The position numbers and the translations under genes were made by a program. Source: Candidatus Dormiibacterota bacterium (GTDB lineage: Bacteria; Chloroflexota; Dormibacteria; Aeolococcales; Aeolococcaceae). Taken from it: DNA of 64,000 bases. This document shows, one piece after another, positions 28,771-36,465 of the stretch. The notes under the pieces are model-generated. The model was not told where the DNA came from. It saw nothing but the letters and a program-made list of their open reading frames with translations, and did no database searches. The stretch covers positions 1,952,001 to 2,016,000 of the forward strand of contig OY970355.1 of the NCBI GenBank assembly GCA_963718525.1, in the 5' to 3' direction. How positions within the stretch are numbered: position 1 is the first letter of the stretch; each line of letters opens with the position of its first letter.

Positions 28771-29898
28771 TCAGGCGAGGGCCGCGTCGATCTCCTCGAG
28801 TGTCGCATGCACCTCGGGCTGTGCGAAGTGGATGCGGGCGGGCTCGAGCAGGTCGATGAGTCGCGCGGCGAGCCCTGCCTTGGCGTCCATCGGGTGGAGC
28901 GACCCGTCCAGGTAGGCGGTGATCACCTCGTCCGGAGCGTCGAAGGTGATCCGGCCGCCGTTGGCCTCCGACCGTTCGACCACGAATGGACCGCCGGCGA
29001 TGCCGAAGACGAGCTTCTCGATCCAGTCGAGGATCGGGTTGAAGACGATCTCGCCGGGCGGACAGAACGCCTTCCTGACCTTCGCCATGATCTCGTCAGG
29101 ACTGTCATGAACAAACACGGCGGAGCCGGGATCGCTCTTGCTCATCTTCATGGCCGCGAAGACATCGCGCGCCGACTCCGGCGGCACCGGCCATATCGGT
29201 GGGCGGCGAAGTCCGAGCAGGAGCGGATGATGGAGGGCAACCGGCTTGATGGGAGCGCCATCGACACCGGAGAGTGGGTGGATGCGCATGTGCGTGGCCA
29301 CGTCGCGCGCGATCACGTGCGCCTTTCGCTGATCCATGCCCGCGTGGGCGATGTGTACGCCGAGCGCGAAGATGTCAGCCGCCTGCATCGCCGGGTAGAT
29401 GAGCTTGGCGAAGTCGACACTGTCGCCTTCCTGACGGCCGAGGATGCTGATGCTGCGCTGCATCCGTGCGAGTGTCGTGTTCTTGCTCACCTCGATCATC
29501 GTCGCCCAGTACTCGTCGTCGTTCCGATAGAGATCCGACGCAAGGACGAATTCGACCGAATCCGGGTCGGCGTCGACACAGAGCAACGACGCGCGGAACG
29601 CTTCGGTGAAGTAGCCGGTGGCGATGCGGCGGATGAGGTCGCGGTCGCCGCCGAGCTTGTCGTTGATCCACGTGTGCCAGTCGGCAAGGAGCACCGAGCA
29701 GTGCACGCCGGCGGCGGTGAGGTCGCGGACCTTGGCCATGCTCATCAGCCCGGTGCCGAGATGCGTCTTGCCGGAGATCTCGAAGCCGATGTAGTGACGC
29801 AACTGGATGCCGGCGTCCATGAGGGGCGGCAACTCGTTAGCGCCGATGACCTCGGCGGTGTTGCGCTCGATGAGCGCCATGCGTTCAGCGGTGGTCAC
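28771..29898 (-). CDS. tyrS: Tyrosine--tRNA ligase, archaeal/eukaryotic type
   Basis: YIGFEISGKTHLG, LADWHTWINDK, YPAMQAADI, GMDQRKAH, KMSKS, KAFCP, LHPMDAK; no S4-like domain. Confidence 0.9.
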   Translation of the reverse strand: MTTAERMALIERNTAEVIGANELPPLMDAGIQLRHYIGFEISGKTHLGTGLMSMAKVRDLTAAGVHCSVLLADWHTWINDKLGGDRDLIRRIATGYFTEAFRASLLCVDADPDSVEFVLASDLYRNDDEYWATMIEVSKNTTLARMQRSISILGRQEGDSVDFAKLIYPAMQAADIFALGVHIAHAGMDQRKAHVIARDVATHMRIHPLSGVDGAPIKPVALHHPLLLGLRRPPIWPVPPESARDVFAAMKMSKSDPGSAVFVHDSPDEIMAKVRKAFCPPGEIVFNPILDWIEKLVFGIAGGPFVVERSEANGGRITFDAPDEVITAYLDGSLHPMDAKAGLAARLIDLLEPARIHFAQPEVHATLEEIDAALA

Positions 29899-29936
29899 GT
29901 CCGCTGAGTGTGCCAGACCGGTATCAGGCGGTGAGG

Positions 29937-30275
29937 TCAGTCGTCGTGCGTGTCGTCGTATGCGACGCGATGGGGCGCGACCTCGTCAAGGAGATCGGCC
30001 TCCCAGTCGAGCAGCGCGTCGTGGAGGCGCGCGGTGTTCCTTGCCTGCCACAGAGCGGCGGGAGCCGGGACCGGGAGGACCACCTCGAGCTCCGCGAGCT
30101 GGCGCCACATATCCGGTGGCACCTGGCGGTCGCGTTGCAGGTTGTGGTGCTCGACGCTGTCGAGGACGCGTTCGAGCCGCTGAATGTGTTCGATGCGCAG
30201 CCTGCGTCGGGCCTTGAGGTCTTCGGCGCGGGCCTTGGCCGCATCCATGTCGGTGATTGCGCTCTGGAAGCTCAT
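29937..30275 (-). CDS. Small helical hypothetical protein
   Basis: 112-aa ORF with host-like codon usage filling the gap; no recognised motif. Confidence 0.55.
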   Translation of the reverse strand: MSFQSAITDMDAAKARAEDLKARRRLRIEHIQRLERVLDSVEHHNLQRDRQVPPDMWRQLAELEVVLPVPAPAALWQARNTARLHDALLDWEADLLDEVAPHRVAYDDTHDD

Positions 30276-30377
30276 CTCGATTGTCGTCTCACGTGTCTAC
30301 CTTCGCTGCTCAGGTTATCCAGCCTGTCATACAAGTAAACGGAACAGGGTTACGGTCGGATTACGGCCTGAGCAGGG

Positions 30378-31085
30378 TTAAGGTTCCGGATTCGACATCC
30401 CGTCGATTTTTTCGCCCTCGATGTGGCGAGAGCGCCGCGGCCCTTGCAGGATCGTCACGGCACCGGGACCGAACACCTCCCAGCTGCCATGGCGCAGCAC
30501 CGCGGCGGTGCGCTCGTCGATACCGATGACCTTGGTCTCCTCGCCGAGGCCCTCCTGTGCCCATGGAATCCATGCGTCGCCGAGCACGTCGAAGTGGGGG
30601 AGGATCGCGCAGCCCGGCACGAGTTCCAGGGCGTCCACCGAGCGCTCGTCGACCTCACCGGGCCAGCTGGTCTGGACGAGACACCACTCGCAGAGGGCCA
30701 TTGCGCCGGCGGATGACCCGGCGAGTGCCGCGCCAGACCGCCAGGCCGCGGCGATCGCCGTCCAGACGGGACTGGCGCGCAGAACCTCGACGACCCACCC
30801 GGGATCGCCGCCGGCGATATAGACCAGCCCGGCCCCTGCGGCCGCCTCCACGATCTCCGGCGAGCAGGCGTCGTTCTTGTCGCGGATGCGCAGTTCGTGC
30901 ACCTCGAGCCCGAGGCCCGCGAACCATCGCCGGGCCAACTCAACCGCTCCGGTCGCAAAGTCCTGGGCAGCGGTCGCGACCACGTAGGCGGGTCGTCCGC
31001 CGCACGCGTCGCGAAGAATCTCGTCCTGACGTTCGTTGCCGGGGTGGAACTCGTCGCCGCCGACGAGTGCGAGTGGACCGTGCAT
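30378..31085 (-). CDS. Peptidase S51 family (peptidase E/cyanophycinase-like)
   Basis: LALVGGDEF, YIAGGDP, GSSAGAMA, ILPHFD, GIDERTA. Confidence 0.85.
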   Translation of the reverse strand: MHGPLALVGGDEFHPGNERQDEILRDACGGRPAYVVATAAQDFATGAVELARRWFAGLGLEVHELRIRDKNDACSPEIVEAAAGAGLVYIAGGDPGWVVEVLRASPVWTAIAAAWRSGAALAGSSAGAMALCEWCLVQTSWPGEVDERSVDALELVPGCAILPHFDVLGDAWIPWAQEGLGEETKVIGIDERTAAVLRHGSWEVFGPGAVTILQGPRRSRHIEGEKIDGMSNPEP

Positions 31086-31155
31086 TGACGACAGTCTCCC
31101 TCCTTTCGGGAAAAGAGGCGCGTCCCATGCATCCCCCTACACTCTCAAGGCGCTC

Positions 31156-31908
31156 ATGATGGATCCGGAAAAATACGCAGCCGCGACAGTGGTGTCACGT
31201 CGCGACCCGGCACCGGACCTCTGGATCATCCGGATCCGTCCCGAGATCGAGCTTCCCTACCGCCCCGGACAGTACGTGACCCTCGGGCTGCAGTCGAACG
31301 GCCGGGTCATCGAGCGGCCGTACTCGATCTGCTCGTCGCCACTCGAGGATGAGATCGAGCTCTTCATCGAGCGGGTTCCGGAAGGGGAGCTCTCGGACCC
31401 GCTGTTCGCCCTCGGTGTCGGCGGCAAGGTCATCGTCCGCCGGCGGACCAAAGGCCTCTTCCTCCGCGAGGCACCCCTCCTGGACGAGCCACACCTGTTC
31501 GCCGCCACGGTCACCGGGATCGCACCCTTCGTCAGCCTGTTGCGGACTCTCGCCACACGCGCTCGCGCCGGTGAATGGGCCCCGGTGCCGGTCGTCGCAC
31601 TCCAGGGCGCGGCTCGCTCGGTCGAACTCGGGTACGCGGACGAGCTCGTCGCGCTGGATCACGAGTTCGATTGGTTCACGTACGTGCCGACCGTGAGCCG
31701 GCCGTGGGAAGACCCCGAATGGACGGGCGAGCTCGGCAGGGTCGAGGACGTGATGCGCAAGTACGCCGACGCAGCCGGGATCCGACCGGGAAATGGCGGT
31801 GTCTTCCTGTGCGGTCACCCCGGGATGATCGGGGGGGCACGAGCGATCATGCGCCGCGCGGGGTTCGACAACAAGGCAATCCGCGAAGAGCAGTACTGGC
31901 CGGATTGA
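31156..31908 (+). CDS. Ferredoxin--NADP+ reductase (bacterial FNR family)
   Basis: YRPGQY, RPYSICS, GELS, TVTGIAPF, LCGHPGM, terminal EQYW. Confidence 0.88.
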   Translation: MMDPEKYAAATVVSRRDPAPDLWIIRIRPEIELPYRPGQYVTLGLQSNGRVIERPYSICSSPLEDEIELFIERVPEGELSDPLFALGVGGKVIVRRRTKGLFLREAPLLDEPHLFAATVTGIAPFVSLLRTLATRARAGEWAPVPVVALQGAARSVELGYADELVALDHEFDWFTYVPTVSRPWEDPEWTGELGRVEDVMRKYADAAGIRPGNGGVFLCGHPGMIGGARAIMRRAGFDNKAIREEQYWPD

Positions 31909-32279
31909 TGCTCGCCTCGATCGACTGGGTGACCCTGCATCAGAAGTTCGGGTTCATCGTCGTGGTGGCCGCGGTGCTCGGCGCGCTCGTGGCGCTGTTC
32001 TCGCTCGTGACCCCGTTCGTCGGGTTCGTGCTCAAGATCTATCTCCGAGTGTTGCTGCTCGCCGTCGCGGTGCAGGTGATCCTCGGTGGAGCGCTCTATC
32101 TCATGGGCCATCGTGCTGTCCATGAACTCCACTATCTGTATGGAGCGGGGATGGCGGTGACCCTCGGACTGACCTTCGCGGTGAGCCGGCGAACCCCGTG
32201 GCCACTCTCGAAGTTGCCCCTGGTGATCGGTGCCATCGTCGCCGTCATCTTCGCGGTGCTTGCACTCACCTCTGGATGA
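31908..32279 (+). CDS. Small 4-TM membrane protein
   Basis: TGATG-coupled to FNR; four hydrophobic segments, HELHYLYG. Confidence 0.7.
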   Translation: MLASIDWVTLHQKFGFIVVVAAVLGALVALFSLVTPFVGFVLKIYLRVLLLAVAVQVILGGALYLMGHRAVHELHYLYGAGMAVTLGLTFAVSRRTPWPLSKLPLVIGAIVAVIFAVLALTSG

Positions 32280-32286
32280 CAAGAAC

Positions 32287-32700
32287 GTGCCGCGAGACGC
32301 GCAGCCTGACGCGCTGGTGATCCCGCCGTTTGCGGATCGCCTCGAACACGCCGCAGCCGTGCAGGGCGCGCATCTTGTGATCCGGGAGTGGGCGGCCACC
32401 GGCGTGGACGAGGAGGTGGCGCCGCTTCACGTGCACATCGACGACGACGAAGCGTGGCATGTCATCTCGGGCGCGTTACGCTTCCGGCTTGCAGACCGCG
32501 TCTTCATCGCAGCAGCCGGTGCAACCGTCCTTGTTCCCGCCGGGGTTGCTCATACCTTCGGCAACGCGGGCCCCGCCCCATCGCGCTACATCTTCATCGT
32601 GCCGGCGAGGGTCGATGAACTGATCAGCCGTCTTCACGAGGTGGATCGGAAGGACCACCCGAGGGTTTACGCAGAGCATCGATCCCAGCTTGTCGAGTGA
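32287..32700 (+). CDS. Cupin domain protein
   Basis: PLHVH..DDEAWHVISG and VLVPAGVAHTFGN; start uncertain. Confidence 0.85.
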   Translation: MPRDAQPDALVIPPFADRLEHAAAVQGAHLVIREWAATGVDEEVAPLHVHIDDDEAWHVISGALRFRLADRVFIAAAGATVLVPAGVAHTFGNAGPAPSRYIFIVPARVDELISRLHEVDRKDHPRVYAEHRSQLVE

Positions 32701-32703
32701 GCG

Positions 32704-33474
32704 CTACGGAAGCGGCGTCACCACACCTTGCCGCGCTCCGTCCAGGACGATCACGTTGAAACGGGACCGCATGCGGATCAACCCCGCGAGCACCGGAGCA
32801 CCCAGGACGATGACCGCAAGCGCGTTGCCCATCGCGCGGAAGGTGTCATATACGAGCGAGGTTGCCAGGTAGAAACGGGCAAAGCGGGTGAGGGCGGCGG
32901 TGACCGAGAGGCCCGGCTGCCATCCGAACCCCGGCGCTCCCCTGTAGAAGGTGGTCCAGTCCCAGACGTCGAGGAGCGCGCCGTAGGCGAACCCGGTGAC
33001 GACTCCGACGGTCGCCAGGATGACGATGTCCCGCCAGGTCACGGGGCCGGATCGGCGCAGCCCGGCCAGTCCCGCCGCCACGCCCACGAGGCCGCAACCC
33101 ATCATCTCGTAGGGAAGCCAGGGTCCGATCCCGCCCGTGGCCAGCGCTGAAGCGAGCAGCGCCACCGACCCCGCGAGGAAGCCGTACGAGCATCCGTAGA
33201 CGTACCCCGCAGCGAGGATGAGAAAGAACATCGGGCTGAATCCGCCGAGCCCCGTGACGAGCACGAGCCGCAGTGCGGCGTCGATGGCTGCGATCGCGGC
33301 CAGCAGGGCGAACCGGCGCGCGTCGAGGCGCCGCGTCGATGCCTCCACGAAGATCAACACGGCGACGATGCCGAGGCTCAGTGCCACGGATGTCGCCGCC
33401 GATGGTGTGTCCGCTGCCACGAACGGCCACAGGAACAGGGCCAATCCGGCAACCGAGATCACCCCGACTCTCAT
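32704..33474 (-). CDS. ECF transporter S component (CbrT-like, predicted cobalamin)
   Basis: AIDAALR, GFSPMFFLIL..GYVYG..YGFL.G, GGIGPWLPY, YD..RA.GN; last gene of the B12-riboswitch operon. Confidence 0.85.
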   Translation of the reverse strand: MRVGVISVAGLALFLWPFVAADTPSAATSVALSLGIVAVLIFVEASTRRLDARRFALLAAIAAIDAALRLVLVTGLGGFSPMFFLILAAGYVYGCSYGFLAGSVALLASALATGGIGPWLPYEMMGCGLVGVAAGLAGLRRSGPVTWRDIVILATVGVVTGFAYGALLDVWDWTTFYRGAPGFGWQPGLSVTAALTRFARFYLATSLVYDTFRAMGNALAVIVLGAPVLAGLIRMRSRFNVIVLDGARQGVVTPLP

Positions 33475-34835
33475 GCCACAGCCACCGGAATGAGCTCGCG
33501 CGCCACGCCGGTGCCGACAGCGATGGTGCGATCCGCCACCGCAGCTGCCAGGTTCCTGTCGTGTGTGGCAATAACGAGTGAGCTGCCGGACGCGCGCAGC
33601 CGCTGCACCGCGCGGCAGAGCGCCTCGCGAGCTCTGCCGTCCATGCCGCGCGTGGGTTCATCGAGGAGCGCGATGCGTGGTTCGCCGGCAAGGACGGCGG
33701 CGATGGCGGCGCGCTGGCGTTCGCCCGTGCTCAGGTCGCGAGGGTCGCGATCCGCCAGCGCGGCGAGGCCGAGTTCGTTGAGGAGTCGGTCGGTGTCGCC
33801 GTTGGGTGGATCGCCGCGCACGGTCCACTTCACCTCGGACGCGACGGTCGCTCGGTGAAGGAGCGCCATCGGGTTCTGGGGGAGGAATGCAACTCGCCCT
33901 GACTCGCGATCCACCCTCCCGGAGAGCGGCGGGAGCAGCCCTGCGATGGTCCGAAGCAACGTCGTCTTGCCACCGCCGTTAGGCCCGACGAGTGCGAGCA
34001 CCTCGCCGGCATGGCCTTCGAGGTCAATCCCTTCGAGGATCGGCGTGTGGGCCGGTCCGGCCGCAACACCGGTGAGCTTCCAGGCGAGGCTCGACGGCGT
34101 CTGGCGCGAGACGGGCGACGCCGGCCGCTCGACGATCGGTCGCGCGACGGCTGTTGCTGCGTCCACCACGTGGCCGCCCTCCATCGCGTAGGCCCGTCCG
34201 GCGAGGAGGCTCAGCTGCTCGAGACGATGCTCGGCGACCACAACCGCGATGCCGTCCCCGGCGAGAGTGGCGAGGATGCCGACCACCGACCGTGCGCCGT
34301 CCTCGTCGAGCTGCGAGAGCGGCTCATCGAGCACGAGAACGCGTGGCCGCATCGCCAGCACACCTGCAAGTGCGAGGCGCTGACGCTCCCCTCCGGACAG
34401 CGTGGCAACGGCACGGCGGCGCAGATGGGCAATGCCGGTCCGCTCCAGAGCCTCGGCAACTCGCCCTGCCATCTCCGACCGCGATGTCGCGATGTTCTCG
34501 AGCCCGAACGCAACGTCTCGCTCGACCGTCGGATACACCGATTGCAACTCGGGATCCTGGAACACGAAGCCGACATTCCTGGCAAGCACCCGCGTCGGCG
34601 TCCTGATCACGTCATGACCGCAGACCTCGGCCATCCCGCCGACGGTGCCGCCATGGAAATGCGGAACCAGGCCGTTGAAGACGCGCATGAGTGACGACTT
34701 CCCCGAGCCCGAGTCTCCGGTGATCACGGTCAAACCGTCGGTGACTCCGAGGTCGGCGATGTCGAGTGCGTCGCTCCGTCCATTTGGGTATCGATAGGTG
34801 AAGCCGCCGAACCAAGCGATCGGCCTCGACGTCAT
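33471..34835 (-). CDS. ECF transporter fused double ATPase
   Basis: Two Walker A motifs (GDSGSGKS, GPNGGGKT), LSGGE and LSTGE, two LDEP; ATGA-coupled. Confidence 0.92.
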   Translation of the reverse strand: MTSRPIAWFGGFTYRYPNGRSDALDIADLGVTDGLTVITGDSGSGKSSLMRVFNGLVPHFHGGTVGGMAEVCGHDVIRTPTRVLARNVGFVFQDPELQSVYPTVERDVAFGLENIATSRSEMAGRVAEALERTGIAHLRRRAVATLSGGERQRLALAGVLAMRPRVLVLDEPLSQLDEDGARSVVGILATLAGDGIAVVVAEHRLEQLSLLAGRAYAMEGGHVVDAATAVARPIVERPASPVSRQTPSSLAWKLTGVAAGPAHTPILEGIDLEGHAGEVLALVGPNGGGKTTLLRTIAGLLPPLSGRVDRESGRVAFLPQNPMALLHRATVASEVKWTVRGDPPNGDTDRLLNELGLAALADRDPRDLSTGERQRAAIAAVLAGEPRIALLDEPTRGMDGRAREALCRAVQRLRASGSSLVIATHDRNLAAAVADRTIAVGTGVARELIPVAVA

Positions 34836-35656
34836 CGTCGCCATACCAGCGCGGGGATCGCGAGGACAAGACAGCAGGCAACACCGAAAACGTCGATCGG
34901 GGGAAGTGAGACGTCGGGGAACGGGTACCAATCGTTGACGACACCGCCGATACGCAACGCCACAAACGTGAGTGCAGCCATGGGAGCGAGCACGGTGACC
35001 GCGATATCCTCCCGGGTCCACGCAGTTTCGCTGTAGTGGGTCCGCGCCCCCGACCCGTATCCCCGCGCCTCCATCGCCTCGGCGAGCGTGATGGAACCCT
35101 CGAGCGCGGTGAGCACGATCGGCACCGCGAGGTCGGGCCATTCGCGCACACGCCGGGGACGCCACCCGCGCATTCGCTGAGCGTCGCGAATCTCAGTCGC
35201 GCTGCGCGCGATTCCAGGGATGAGGTTGAGCGCCGTGCCGATTGCGGCGCCGGTGCGTGCCAGCGCGCCCGGAAGGGCGTCGACCAGGGAATTCGGCATC
35301 ACCACGAGCGAAAGCGGTGCCGCTGCGAGGACGGCCGCAGCGATCCCGATCCCCGTTGACGCTCCGAAGACCACCGCCTCGACCGTCAGCTTCCCGCCGG
35401 CCACCGGTATGCCGCCCGGCAGTACCAGGAATGCATGTGTGCCGGTGTGGCTTGCGAGGGTCGTGACCACGATGGCGATCATGGCGGCGATCACCAGCGC
35501 GATGGCGACGCCACGGAGCGAGACCTCTGGGCGCCGCAGTGCGACGAGAACGTTGAGCGCGCAGAGCAGCACGAGCACCCGATACACCGGGTTCCCTGAG
35601 GCAAGCGCGATGGTGATGCCCGAGATCGACCAGGCCGCGAGCGCGCGAGGGTTCAC
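34832..35656 (-). CDS. ECF transporter T component (CbiQ/EcfT family)
   Basis: AQRMRG and LAEAMEARGYG coupling motifs, TM segments; GTGA-coupled start. Confidence 0.9.
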   Translation of the reverse strand: MNPRALAAWSISGITIALASGNPVYRVLVLLCALNVLVALRRPEVSLRGVAIALVIAAMIAIVVTTLASHTGTHAFLVLPGGIPVAGGKLTVEAVVFGASTGIGIAAAVLAAAPLSLVVMPNSLVDALPGALARTGAAIGTALNLIPGIARSATEIRDAQRMRGWRPRRVREWPDLAVPIVLTALEGSITLAEAMEARGYGSGARTHYSETAWTREDIAVTVLAPMAALTFVALRIGGVVNDWYPFPDVSLPPIDVFGVACCLVLAIPALVWRR

Positions 35657-36465
35657 TCGCGACGCCTTCGCAGTGCGTGGGTGCAGAGCAGGCCGACGAG
35701 CCCACCTGCTCCGATGGCCGCAAGCAGGAGGCCGAAATTGATGCCGGGCGGATCGGTCGCCGCGCCGACCGCTGCGAGCGCCCTCGGCGTGGCTCCTGGC
35801 GTCGCGAGACCGAGCACACCTGCGGTGGGTGTCGTCGTTGATGCAGGTGTTGCCGGACGCGACGTCGGCGCCGCAGAGGAGCTGGCTAGCGCGTGTGCTG
35901 ACGACGCGGGAGTTCCCGCCGCAGTCGGGGTTCGCGTGGGTGGCGGCGTCACCGCCGGGCAGGTGCCGGACGGAGATGGTGGAGGTGGATCGGTCCCCGT
36001 TTGCAAGTCGTATCTGAAGCCGATGTCGTCGCCACCATTGACCGTAACGTTCGAAACGCCGAGGTCGGAGGTGGCCCATGCACCGCCGCCCCGCGAGACG
36101 AACAGCACCCAGTACGAGCCGGACGTCGAGAAGCAACCCGGAGGATAGGTCGCAGGTTCGTTGTCGATCTGGCAGATCGCCGCGCCAAGTCCGCCTCCAT
36201 ACGACGAGATCGCGACCTCGAGGCCGCTTGCCTGTAGCACATGGAGGGCGGTCGCGGTGGACGTGTCGAAGCCGACGCAGCGACGGATCACCTGCCCGTC
36301 CGCGTGTTCGACAACGAGGCCCGCTCGGTGCGAGAAGGACGCTTGCGCACAGAGCGGTTGCACGGGCCCGGTGCGGGCGACGGTCGACACGGCACTGAGT
36401 CCAAACGCCACCACGGGCACAGCGAGCGCGACGCGTACGAGGCGCCGCATCACGTGCATGGTCAC
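35653..36465 (-). CDS. Membrane-anchored secreted protein with a DUF4430/transcobalamin beta-domain-like region
   Basis: Signal peptide; TALHVLQ..LGAAICQIDN..SYWVLF..LGVSN..GDDIGFRY; Pro/Thr stalk; C-terminal TM helix plus RRRRE. Confidence 0.7.
   Translation of the reverse strand: MTMHVMRRLVRVALAVPVVAFGLSAVSTVARTGPVQPLCAQASFSHRAGLVVEHADGQVIRRCVGFDTSTATALHVLQASGLEVAISSYGGGLGAAICQIDNEPATYPPGCFSTSGSYWVLFVSRGGGAWATSDLGVSNVTVNGGDDIGFRYDLQTGTDPPPPSPSGTCPAVTPPPTRTPTAAGTPASSAHALASSSAAPTSRPATPASTTTPTAGVLGLATPGATPRALAAVGAATDPPGINFGLLLAAIGAGGLVGLLCTHALRRRRE

Noticed and set aside
28771-29898. Second TrpRS paralog
   Set aside because: YIGFE, ADWH, MQAAD, GMDQRK and KAFCP are archaeal/eukaryotic TyrRS signatures
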